The notes under the pieces: generated by a model
What the model was told of the DNA's origin: nothing
Database searches by the model: none
Seen by the model: the letters and a program-made list of their open reading frames with translations, nothing else
Translations under genes and position numbers: made by a program
Virus record (IMG/VR): IMGVR_UViG_3300029226_000028
Location: 1-58,656 of that record
Source of the DNA: a virus
Taxonomy: Duplodnaviria > Caudoviricetes
Direction: 5' to 3' (one strand)
Length of the DNA: 58,656 nt
Shown here: one piece after another, positions 18,431 to 25,909 of the stretch
Position numbering within the stretch: position 1 is the stretch's first letter
Layout: every line of letters starts with the position of its first letter

Positions 18431-18510
18431 GGGGTCATCCTTTTCTAAGTTGATGACCCCTTATCGCATAGGTTCAGACAAAACGCAACAACTCAATTGT
18501 GTTCATTTCA
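18431..18510 (-). promoter_or_regulatory. Repeated early promoter plus leader hairpin/RBS cassette
   Basis: TTGCGT-N17-GATAAG, then GGGGTCATC-AACTTAGAAAAG-GATGACCCC. Confidence 0.85.
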
Positions 18511-18600
18511 TGGCGTCACAATAACCTTCATTCAGGTCACTTCGCAGCTGATCACATGACTGCTGAAAGATGCCCAAGATATATCCGATATAATACGCCA

Positions 18601-18894
18601 TCACTTTGCCTTTTCTTCTGGGAACGCTGACAGCAGCGCCCTGATCATCAGTCGCCAAACGTTATATGACAGCCGGGGATAGTCCTTCACTTCCCCTGTT
18701 CGCAGGATCACCTTTGGATTGGCTTCAATGATGGCACGGGACAGAAGATCAGTTGGTGCATTCTTGCGTGCCACCCGGACCTTGTAGTCACCCCGGTCGT
18801 GCGTCCCACCGTCATTGTAGACATAGGTTCGACCAATTTCCTTGGACCGGGTTTCATCACCACCCGGCCACAGTTCGATCTTCAGAACGATCAT
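18601..18894 (-). CDS. Conserved phage hypothetical protein
   Basis: MIVLKIELWPGG...IGR..V.N.GG...GDY...YPR...VW.L. Confidence 0.75.
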   Translation of the reverse strand: MIVLKIELWPGGDETRSKEIGRTYVYNDGGTHDRGDYKVRVARKNAPTDLLSRAIIEANPKVILRTGEVKDYPRLSYNVWRLMIRALLSAFPEEKAK

Positions 18895-19667
18895 GCCACT
18901 TCCTCCAGGAATGGTGGAACTTCAAGACCGTTTTCGATCCAGTATCCCTTGCCTTCGACTGGCGTCTGATACCGCTTGAACTGGACGATCTGTTCACGCC
19001 ATTCCAGCGACTTGTCCGGGTCAATGAAATACCACTTGCCGCTGTCAGCCAAGACCAACGTTTCCGGGTCGCAGGCTATGACCAGCGTGTCCGGTTCACA
19101 GGGTGCATGCTTGCCACCGGCAAAGATGTATTCCTTCCACGGCACGAAGCAGGTGCCATCGTCCCTGATCTTCAGGAAGCCCCAAGCATTGATCTTGGGT
19201 CCGGTGATGATGATGGTCCAAGCGATACCGGGCACCAGCTGCCACTGCTTGCCGGGAAGCCACCCACCGTCGTCCTGTTCGCGCATGATCGCCCGTTCCT
19301 TGCCACGTGCCAACACGCGGTGCAGGTGGGATGATGGTCGATAGTGCCAGCGCCATGCACGGACGATGTTCCGTTTCTTCGCATTGATCACGATGTCATC
19401 GCTGAAGGTTTCTTCTTCGATGTAAGTGGTCAGGGGGAAGGTCCAGAAGTTCCATGGATGATTGTGGGGGTCACGGTCTGCGTCACCCCGGTGGAACATG
19501 TGCAATCGAAGGCTGGCACCATCGGGGGTGCCGAACCTGATCCGGGTCATGTAGGGTGTGTCATGTTCGCTGTCCACGCCATAGATCGTCATGAACATAA
19601 AATAGTGCCACATGATGTGGACCTTGGTCAGCAGTTTGATCATTGTCTTCTTCCTTCCATTTGCCAA
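18891..19667 (-). CDS. Cupin-like putative metal-binding protein
   Basis: LH.FHR.D.DRDPHNHPW.F...YIEE...HRV...WT...TGP...WGF. Confidence 0.65.
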   Translation of the reverse strand: MANGRKKTMIKLLTKVHIMWHYFMFMTIYGVDSEHDTPYMTRIRFGTPDGASLRLHMFHRGDADRDPHNHPWNFWTFPLTTYIEEETFSDDIVINAKKRNIVRAWRWHYRPSSHLHRVLARGKERAIMREQDDGGWLPGKQWQLVPGIAWTIIITGPKINAWGFLKIRDDGTCFVPWKEYIFAGGKHAPCEPDTLVIACDPETLVLADSGKWYFIDPDKSLEWREQIVQFKRYQTPVEGKGYWIENGLEVPPFLEEVA

Positions 19668-19701
19668 TCTATAGGTTGACAGTTTGATTCAGTTTGCCAA
19701 G

Positions 19702-20385
19702 CTATCGGTTGGCAATCATCGCGGTGATCGCGACAGGTGCGACGTCGAAGGCCAGCTTCTGCATCGCTTGGGCATAGACCCGGATTTCGTGTTGGGCATG
19801 ATCGTGATCACGCAGGGTGCAGAACTTCATCAGGTTCAGCAGGTTCGTCTTGGCGAACATGTGGGTGTATGTGCCCACAGGAAGCACGCTTCGCGCCAGT
19901 TCCCTTGGACAGCCATTCTTCAACATGATCCGATAGGTCTTGAAGGCGTCGGCATTCTGACGTTCCAGCAATGTGCGGATCGACCCGGCATGCGGGTTCT
20001 GTGTTGCGGTTCGCATCTGCTTGTTGTCTTTGGACTGGGTCGTGATCTGATCCAGTTCAGGGATATAGAATTCTTCAGGCAGTTCCCGATATCGTGCCGA
20101 CAGTTCGTTATAGGACCACGTCCGGTGTCGGTGCCATTGGCGCACGACGAAGATCGGTGCCTTGACTTCGAATTGGAATTCCACCGCTTCGAACGGGGTG
20201 TTGTGGTGGTTCTTCGCCAAGAAGTTGATCAGCCGGGTGTCAGACCCTGTGTCGTGCCCTGCCAGCCATGCAGCGTCATAGGACACCTTGGCGGCACGGG
20301 TGACCGACAGGTCGTTGCCCATGCTGTCAACCAGACGCACGAAGCCGTGGTCCAGCACATCAATTCGTTCACTTGGTTCGTTCAT
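19702..20385 (-). CDS. thyX: FAD-dependent thymidylate synthase
   Basis: HNTPFE, RQWHRHRTWSYNELSARY, ELARSVLP and HAQHEIR motifs. Confidence 0.97.
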   Translation of the reverse strand: MNEPSERIDVLDHGFVRLVDSMGNDLSVTRAAKVSYDAAWLAGHDTGSDTRLINFLAKNHHNTPFEAVEFQFEVKAPIFVVRQWHRHRTWSYNELSARYRELPEEFYIPELDQITTQSKDNKQMRTATQNPHAGSIRTLLERQNADAFKTYRIMLKNGCPRELARSVLPVGTYTHMFAKTNLLNLMKFCTLRDHDHAQHEIRVYAQAMQKLAFDVAPVAITAMIANR

Positions 20386-20575
20386 GGCGTCTGATCTTCC
20401 TTGGTTTCAGGGACAGGCGCAAGGCACGCTGTTCCAGTTGATTGTTACTTCGGACCTGACCTTCCAGTTCAGCGATCCGCTTTGCCTGCTTGTCCATCGT
20501 TTCAGCCAGCACACCTTCGATGACGCATTGGACCTGATTGAACATGTCTGCACGAATGTTGAATGTGACAGCCAT
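20369..20575 (-). CDS. Small coiled-coil hypothetical protein
   Basis: 68 aa, coupled. Confidence 0.55.
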   Translation of the reverse strand: MAVTFNIRADMFNQVQCVIEGVLAETMDKQAKRIAELEGQVRSNNQLEQRALRLSLKPRKIRRHERTK

Positions 20576-20838
20576 CAGAACGTCAGACTTGTGTCTTCGC
20601 CAAAGGCGGGAAAGGTTCGGATCACCCGTGGATCAATGCCATCATCACTGGACAACACCAGACCATTCTGGAACACAGCCCAACAGGTTTCCTTCAGGGT
20701 TTTGTCAGCGTCGTCGGCACCGGGATGTGGCTTGACGATGTTGAAGATGCAGACGGTCCTGATCCCTCTATAGATCATTTCATGACCACGCCCCATGGTC
20801 TTCAGTTCACGGTGGGTTTCAGGCACCTTGGTCATCAT
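20575..20838 (-). CDS. Hypothetical protein
   Basis: ATGA/TGATG overlaps. Confidence 0.6.
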   Translation of the reverse strand: MMTKVPETHRELKTMGRGHEMIYRGIRTVCIFNIVKPHPGADDADKTLKETCWAVFQNGLVLSSDDGIDPRVIRTFPAFGEDTSLTF

Positions 20839-21044
20839 GCCACCCAGAACAGGATCAGTGAAATGATCCAGCTGACCACCCACAGGCCAAGCCACAGACC
20901 CAGATGGATCAAGACTTCCTTTGTTTCTTCGCGGGATGCTAGTCGATCAAATTTGTTGTCCGGGTTGCCGACATAGGCGACTGCCACAGCCAGAAAGAAG
21001 AACGACATGATCTGCAGGATCACTGCGATTGCGAATTGGATCAT
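20835..21044 (-). CDS. Small membrane protein (2 TM)
   Basis: Two hydrophobic segments; ATGA overlaps. Confidence 0.65.
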   Translation of the reverse strand: MIQFAIAVILQIMSFFFLAVAVAYVGNPDNKFDRLASREETKEVLIHLGLWLGLWVVSWIISLILFWVA

Positions 21045-21220
21045 TTCAGGTCATCCAGTGCTTGCACGATGTTGGTGTCTGCAAAGTCCATCAGGCCAAG
21101 ACCCATGACCGCGACAAACCCAAGGCCAGCAACGATGATCCCATAGGAAAATGCACTGGCAATCCACTTCGATCCGAAGGTGTTCCGAAGTTCTTGGTTT
21201 ACTGCTTGGGCGAAAGTCAT
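21041..21220 (-). CDS. Small membrane protein (1 TM)
   Basis: First gene after a cassette copy; hydrophobic core. Confidence 0.65.
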   Translation of the reverse strand: MTFAQAVNQELRNTFGSKWIASAFSYGIIVAGLGFVAVMGLGLMDFADTNIVQALDDLK

Positions 21221-21221
21221 T

Positions 21222-21303
21222 GGGGTCATCCTTTTCTAAGTTGTTGCACCCTTATCGCATAGCACACGACAGAACGCAACAACTCAATTGTGACCATTTC
21301 AAG
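21222..21303 (-). promoter_or_regulatory. Repeated early promoter/RBS cassette
   Basis: CTTGAAATGGTCACAATTGAGTTGTTGCGTTCTGTC...TATGCGATAAGGG...AACTTAGAAAAGGATGACCCC. Confidence 0.85.
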
Positions 21304-21675
21304 TCAGGCTGCTTCGCCACCCATTTTGCAGCCAAAACTGATGGCCCAATGGGGCAAACCAGTCTGCATGGTCAGTATCCTGTAAAACCGTTCACCCATC
21401 TGAAAGGCACGGGCTTCACATCGTTCCTTGGTTGGATATGGACCCCAAGCGTCACCGATCTTTGTGCACGCTTCATTGCCCATCCAGTCATTAGGTCCAA
21501 CGAACTCTGGACACACGATGATTGGATTGGCGTCCCAGATGCCTTGGTTCACCGGTCCTGTTTCTTGTGCCTTTGCAGGCAGAACCATTGCGGCGAAACA
21601 AAGCACGATGATGACAAACCACATCAGGGTGCTGATGGCAGTATTGATCTTGAAACACGTATATGCAGAAAACAT
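21304..21675 (-). CDS. Exported/periplasmic Cys-containing hypothetical protein
   Basis: Signal-peptide-like segment ending AKA; four spaced Cys in the mature part. Confidence 0.6.
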   Translation of the reverse strand: MFSAYTCFKINTAISTLMWFVIIVLCFAAMVLPAKAQETGPVNQGIWDANPIIVCPEFVGPNDWMGNEACTKIGDAWGPYPTKERCEARAFQMGERFYRILTMQTGLPHWAISFGCKMGGEAA

Positions 21676-21694
21676 TGGTCAGTCCTTCCTTGGG

Positions 21695-24112
21695 TTAAAA
21701 GGGAACATCATCCCCTGTCAATTCGTCTTGAAAGTCGTCGGCTTCATCCCAGTCCGTGTCACCGTAAAGTTCGACCCAGTGGGTGCGACAGGTGGCAAGG
21801 GTGGGCATCAGGTAGCATCGGACACGCTTCTTCATAATGGTGTCTTCATGAAAATGCAAAGTCTTGTCGCCACGCTGGACGACTTCAGGTGTCATCAACT
21901 TGGCGATCAGCTGTGGAACCATCTTGTTCATGTGGATGCCCAAGCTGCTTTCCGATCCGCGACGGCTGCTGTTCAGACGCTGGACGTCTTCAGCAAAGTC
22001 ACCCACCATTTCGTGGATTGGAACCACCTGTTGCCAGCCCATGTGATGATCCAGCATGCAGCCTTCTTGCAGCTTCCTGAACCACCATTCTTCCTGCTGA
22101 CTTAGGCTGTGGATTTTCTGCTTCTTCAGTGCATCCGTTTGGGGCACGTCCGTCACGTCATATCCGGTCAGATCGACGTTCATCAGATGATTCAACAACG
22201 CTGCATATCCACCATCCTTCAGCTGATCTGCAATGCTTTTGAAATAGCCAGAATTCTGCTGGACTTCCTTGCCAACATCCAGAACGAAATAGCGACGTTC
22301 ACCGGCACCAGCCGGGACAACATGGTCGCTGTTGGATGCCATGATCAAGTGGATATAGTTGGCGACGTTTTCCAAGTCGATGCCCTTGGCTTCGATTGGG
22401 ATCGTCCGTTCAGTGATCAGGGTCTTCAGAACGCTTTCGTGTTTCTTGTCACCAGCGAAGAAGGCTTCATCAGCGAACAGCAGCAGGCAGTCACGAAGGT
22501 GGCTGTTGAACTGACCAACCAAGTGCATGCCGTTTGATATGTGCTTGAAGTGACGACCGAACAGTTCACCGAATTGGGTGGCGAAGAATGATTTGCCGGT
22601 GCCCTTGCCGCCTGTCAGGACGACAGCGACCTTGCCCTGTTCAGCTGGGAACTGCACGGTGCGTGCCATCCAGTTGATCAGATATTGGAAGTTCCCTTCA
22701 TGCCCGTCACAGACGTTGTCCCGGATGTGATCCAAGAACAGCTGGCATTCACCCGGCATAGATGGATAAGCGAACCCACGCCAAAGGTTGTAATCTTCAG
22801 CGCCATCATATCCGGGTTCAAAGACGATGCGATTGTATTGCCGACGCTTTGGGTGTTCGAACCACCACTTGCCAAGCTTGACCGGCATGACAGCAGCCTT
22901 GTCCTTCGCCTTCGGATTGGGCACCCATTTTTCACGATTGATGCGACCGTTCTGGAAGTCGATTGGGGTCATCTTGGTCAGGTCGAAGTTGCCGGTTGAC
23001 CGGTTGTAAGTGTCTTCAATGATCCTGCACTTGCCACCCATGTTCTGGATGACGGCGAAGCGTTCATTCAGTTCCAGCAGATCAGGATCATCTGCGTGCT
23101 GCTTTCCCCGGCTGATCTGCCTGATTGCATACTTTTCAGCATTGGGTCCAGCTTCCAGAATGCTTTCACTGATCCCAAAGTCCGGGTCAGTCAGCAGGCT
23201 GAAGATCACATCATCAGGAACTTCACAGCGTGCCAGCTGGCAGGTCACATGGAAGACCCATGCTGACCGGGTGTTGTCGTGTTCCTTGGGATTGTTTTCG
23301 TCCTTGCCTTGGTTGATCGCCACCAGTGTGATGTCGTCCACCCCATAGTCGTCACGAAGGAAGTCAAGCGATCCATATCGTTCGACGTTGCCTGACAGCT
23401 TCACTTCCTGTTCAGCTTTGGTCTTGCCACCACCACCGATCCCATCGACCGCGACAGGTGGTGCTTTCTTGAATGCGCTGATCGGATAAATGTTCTTCGG
23501 TTTCCAATCCATGACAGCAGCCATGGTGGGCACCCGACCATTCTTCTGCTTCTTGGCGTCCGGGATGTTCATCGTCCCGGCAAGGCGCATCAGTCGATCA
23601 ATGTTGTGACAGTTGTCCGCATTGAACACCCGTTCGATCTGCATGTTGTAAAGCTTCGCATCTTCTGCAAGCCCAAGATCACCGTCGATCTTCAGGGGTT
23701 CTTCCAGCTTCCAGAACGCCTGATATCCACCACCGGAATAGACGATCATGGTTGGTTCAGGGATGCCTTTGGGAAGCTTGGTGGTGAACAGTTCAAGGAT
23801 GCGTGCCTGTTCGTCTTTGATCGACATGCCCTTTTCAGGGTCCACGTCCACGTGCAGAAAGTTGACCGACGCGATGTTTTCCCGCTTGGCTTTCTTCTTC
23901 AGAATGCCGTTGACCGGGTTCACGTGGAAATATAGATTGTCAGTCCCAGCGTGCTTGCTGATGAACTTCTTCATCGGTGCCAGCGACTTCGGACTGAAGG
24001 TGTCAGTCTGTGTCGGGTTGGCACGGTTTGTTGAAATCGCAGTCAGACACCATGGGCCTTCTGGATACATCTTTTTCAGGAAATCAACTGCTGTTTTCGT
24101 GGCGTCTGCCAT
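21695..24112 (-). CDS. Primase-helicase (RepB/AEP-like primase plus SF3-type P-loop ATPase)
   Basis: LHVDVD, SGGGYQAFW and RLMRLAGTMN; Walker A GGKGTGKS, Walker B LFADEA. Confidence 0.9.
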   Translation of the reverse strand: MADATKTAVDFLKKMYPEGPWCLTAISTNRANPTQTDTFSPKSLAPMKKFISKHAGTDNLYFHVNPVNGILKKKAKRENIASVNFLHVDVDPEKGMSIKDEQARILELFTTKLPKGIPEPTMIVYSGGGYQAFWKLEEPLKIDGDLGLAEDAKLYNMQIERVFNADNCHNIDRLMRLAGTMNIPDAKKQKNGRVPTMAAVMDWKPKNIYPISAFKKAPPVAVDGIGGGGKTKAEQEVKLSGNVERYGSLDFLRDDYGVDDITLVAINQGKDENNPKEHDNTRSAWVFHVTCQLARCEVPDDVIFSLLTDPDFGISESILEAGPNAEKYAIRQISRGKQHADDPDLLELNERFAVIQNMGGKCRIIEDTYNRSTGNFDLTKMTPIDFQNGRINREKWVPNPKAKDKAAVMPVKLGKWWFEHPKRRQYNRIVFEPGYDGAEDYNLWRGFAYPSMPGECQLFLDHIRDNVCDGHEGNFQYLINWMARTVQFPAEQGKVAVVLTGGKGTGKSFFATQFGELFGRHFKHISNGMHLVGQFNSHLRDCLLLFADEAFFAGDKKHESVLKTLITERTIPIEAKGIDLENVANYIHLIMASNSDHVVPAGAGERRYFVLDVGKEVQQNSGYFKSIADQLKDGGYAALLNHLMNVDLTGYDVTDVPQTDALKKQKIHSLSQQEEWWFRKLQEGCMLDHHMGWQQVVPIHEMVGDFAEDVQRLNSSRRGSESSLGIHMNKMVPQLIAKLMTPEVVQRGDKTLHFHEDTIMKKRVRCYLMPTLATCRTHWVELYGDTDWDEADDFQDELTGDDVPF

Positions 24113-24134
24113 TTTTTATCGTCCTTTTCTGAAC

Positions 24135-24238
24135 AGGTCTATCAATAGGGTCTGACGTTTACGCTTGCACATCAGGGGTGTCAAGCACTTTGATAGATGT
24201 GATAGACCTGATAGACCTAATATCAGTTTGATAGACCT
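24135..24238. promoter_or_regulatory. Primase promoter flanked by GATAGAC boxes (cluster 2)
   Basis: Minus strand TTGACA(24184-24179)-N17-TAAACG; aggtctatca downstream and tgatagatg/tgatagacct x3 upstream. Confidence 0.65.
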
Positions 24239-24561
24239 TCCCAATAATCTTGCAACAGCTTCCAGTCCTGTCTATCAGCTTCCATTTCCCGGACCCAATA
24301 GCTGGACCGATCAATTGCCTTGCCGACTTCATCCTGTGTCTTGCCCGACCGGTGCCGGTGCAGGAACAGGATTTCATTGACAGTGATTTCGTCACCATCC
24401 CACGGGACGAACGGATCGCTGTCCAGTTCCCATTCGATATATTTGACGCGGCTGATCCCCATGTGCCAAGCCATGAACTTCTGGGTTTCGTCCAGTCGTC
24501 TGCGTGTCAATCGACGCCATTCGCCAACCGTGATGCCTTTAAGTTTCCATGTATCAAACAC
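24223..24561 (-). CDS. Tandem XRE-type HTH DNA-binding protein
   Basis: Two similar halves, ITVGEWRR..R..TQ..MA..MGISR..Y.EWE and ITVNE....R...TQ..VG..I.RS..W..EME; GTG start after AAAGGA. Confidence 0.7.
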   Translation of the reverse strand: MFDTWKLKGITVGEWRRLTRRRLDETQKFMAWHMGISRVKYIEWELDSDPFVPWDGDEITVNEILFLHRHRSGKTQDEVGKAIDRSSYWVREMEADRQDWKLLQDYWEGLSN

Positions 24562-24944
24562 TGTCCTAGTTCCTTTCCTTTTAGTCCAAACTGCCAATAG
24601 GCAGTGCAGGTGTCCAGCAGCTGTTCATATGTCAGCGTGCCAACTTCTTGTGCTTCAGGTGCTTCCCAAAGCAGCCATTCCTTGCGACACTGCAGCAGCA
24701 GCCATGCGCCACCCCCACACTGCCATCGCTTGCGCAACCACATCTTCTGACCCTTGGTATAGTGGGGCAGTGCCACCACCGTGTCGTGTCGTTTGGGCCA
24801 TGCACGCAGCCATTTCAATTCGATCCATCCGGGGATGCAATTAACATCAGGCGTTCCCGGACCTACGCTGTTTTCCACCGGCTTGGCGTGAAGCCACTTC
24901 AGGGTCTTGATCACCTTCGGTCGCATCGTTGATGTTTCTGCCAT
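24507..24944 (-). CDS. VRR-NUC/Holliday-junction-resolvase-like PD-(D/E)xK nuclease
   Basis: VEN..GPGTPDV...WIELK...Q..WL..R...GG. Confidence 0.8.
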   Translation of the reverse strand: MAETSTMRPKVIKTLKWLHAKPVENSVGPGTPDVNCIPGWIELKWLRAWPKRHDTVVALPHYTKGQKMWLRKRWQCGGGAWLLLQCRKEWLLWEAPEAQEVGTLTYEQLLDTCTAYWQFGLKGKELGQCLIHGNLKASRLANGVD

Positions 24945-25407
24945 GTTCAATTTCCTTGAATTCGATGTTGCAGTCAGTCAGCAGTTGCAGCGACCGGGCG
25001 ATGTCGAACCGGGTTCTGATGTCGTCGCTGGTGAAGCAGACAACACGGACGATCCCAGCAGCAGCCATATGCTTGGCGCAATCTTTGCAGGGTGGGTGGG
25101 TGATGTAAACCGTGCAACCATGAACGCTTTCCTTGGCTTGCAGGATTGCATTCATTTCAGCATGGATCACCCGGTCATATTTTTCCGGTCGATCTTCCCA
25201 CCATGCCCGTCGATCTTCCATGGTCCGGGGGAACCCATTATATCCGACAGAAGCAATCGACTTGTCAGGTCGCATGATCACAGCACCGACCTTGGTCGAT
25301 GGATCACGGGATCGTTCTGAAATCGCCAGCGCGACACCCAAAGCCCAAACATCAAATCCCGGTCGGGGGAAATGGAACGGCACATCTACATCTGGAAGAT
25401 CGGTCAT
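24847..25407 (-). CDS. dCMP deaminase
   Basis: SRDPSTKVGAVI, GYNGFP, HAEMNA and PCKDC motifs. Confidence 0.93.
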   Translation of the reverse strand: MTDLPDVDVPFHFPRPGFDVWALGVALAISERSRDPSTKVGAVIMRPDKSIASVGYNGFPRTMEDRRAWWEDRPEKYDRVIHAEMNAILQAKESVHGCTVYITHPPCKDCAKHMAAAGIVRVVCFTSDDIRTRFDIARSLQLLTDCNIEFKEIEHGRNINDATEGDQDPEVASRQAGGKQRRSGNA

Positions 25408-25583
25408 TCTGTCACCACGTCGATTGAAAGTTCATTGTGGTCATGGGGGTCGGTGTTCATAACACCATCCTTGCATGTGTCCATTTCAATATCGGTGATG
25501 AAGCCGTTCCATGTGGACACTTTGAATTCCCCACACTTGGGCTGCATCGTCTGCAGTTTTTTGATCAGTTCGTTCAGGGTCAT
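25404..25583 (-). CDS. Small hypothetical protein (59 aa, not in the ORF track)
   Basis: MTLNELIKKLQTM...; ATGA overlaps on both sides. Confidence 0.6.
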   Translation of the reverse strand: MTLNELIKKLQTMQPKCGEFKVSTWNGFITDIEMDTCKDGVMNTDPHDHNELSIDVVTE

Positions 25584-25909
25584 GTTCTTCGCCTTTTCCG
25601 TTGGTTCTGTTTGTGTGTCATGTCTTCAAGATGTATCGGGTTGCAGCACAGCCTATTGGTGCACCTGTGGTCGATCTGTCGCTTCGCTGGCACATAACCA
25701 TGGATCATCGTATAGACGACCCTGTGGACGGCACTGGAACAGCCGTCGATGCTGATCCGACCATATCCCCCACCGCGACCTTCACCGGACGTGGCACCCT
25801 GCCACAGCCAGCATGGGGTGCCTTCGAACCACGGACCACCATTCACTTCATCACTGATCGTGACACCAGCGGTGATCCGTTCCCATATCAGTGCAGCGCG
25901 TTCACTCAT
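25580..25909 (-). CDS. HNH homing-type endonuclease
   Basis: CWLWQG...GYG...HR..Y...IDHRC.NRLCCNP.HL...T..QN. Confidence 0.9.
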   Translation of the reverse strand: MSERAALIWERITAGVTISDEVNGGPWFEGTPCWLWQGATSGEGRGGGYGRISIDGCSSAVHRVVYTMIHGYVPAKRQIDHRCTNRLCCNPIHLEDMTHKQNQRKRRRT

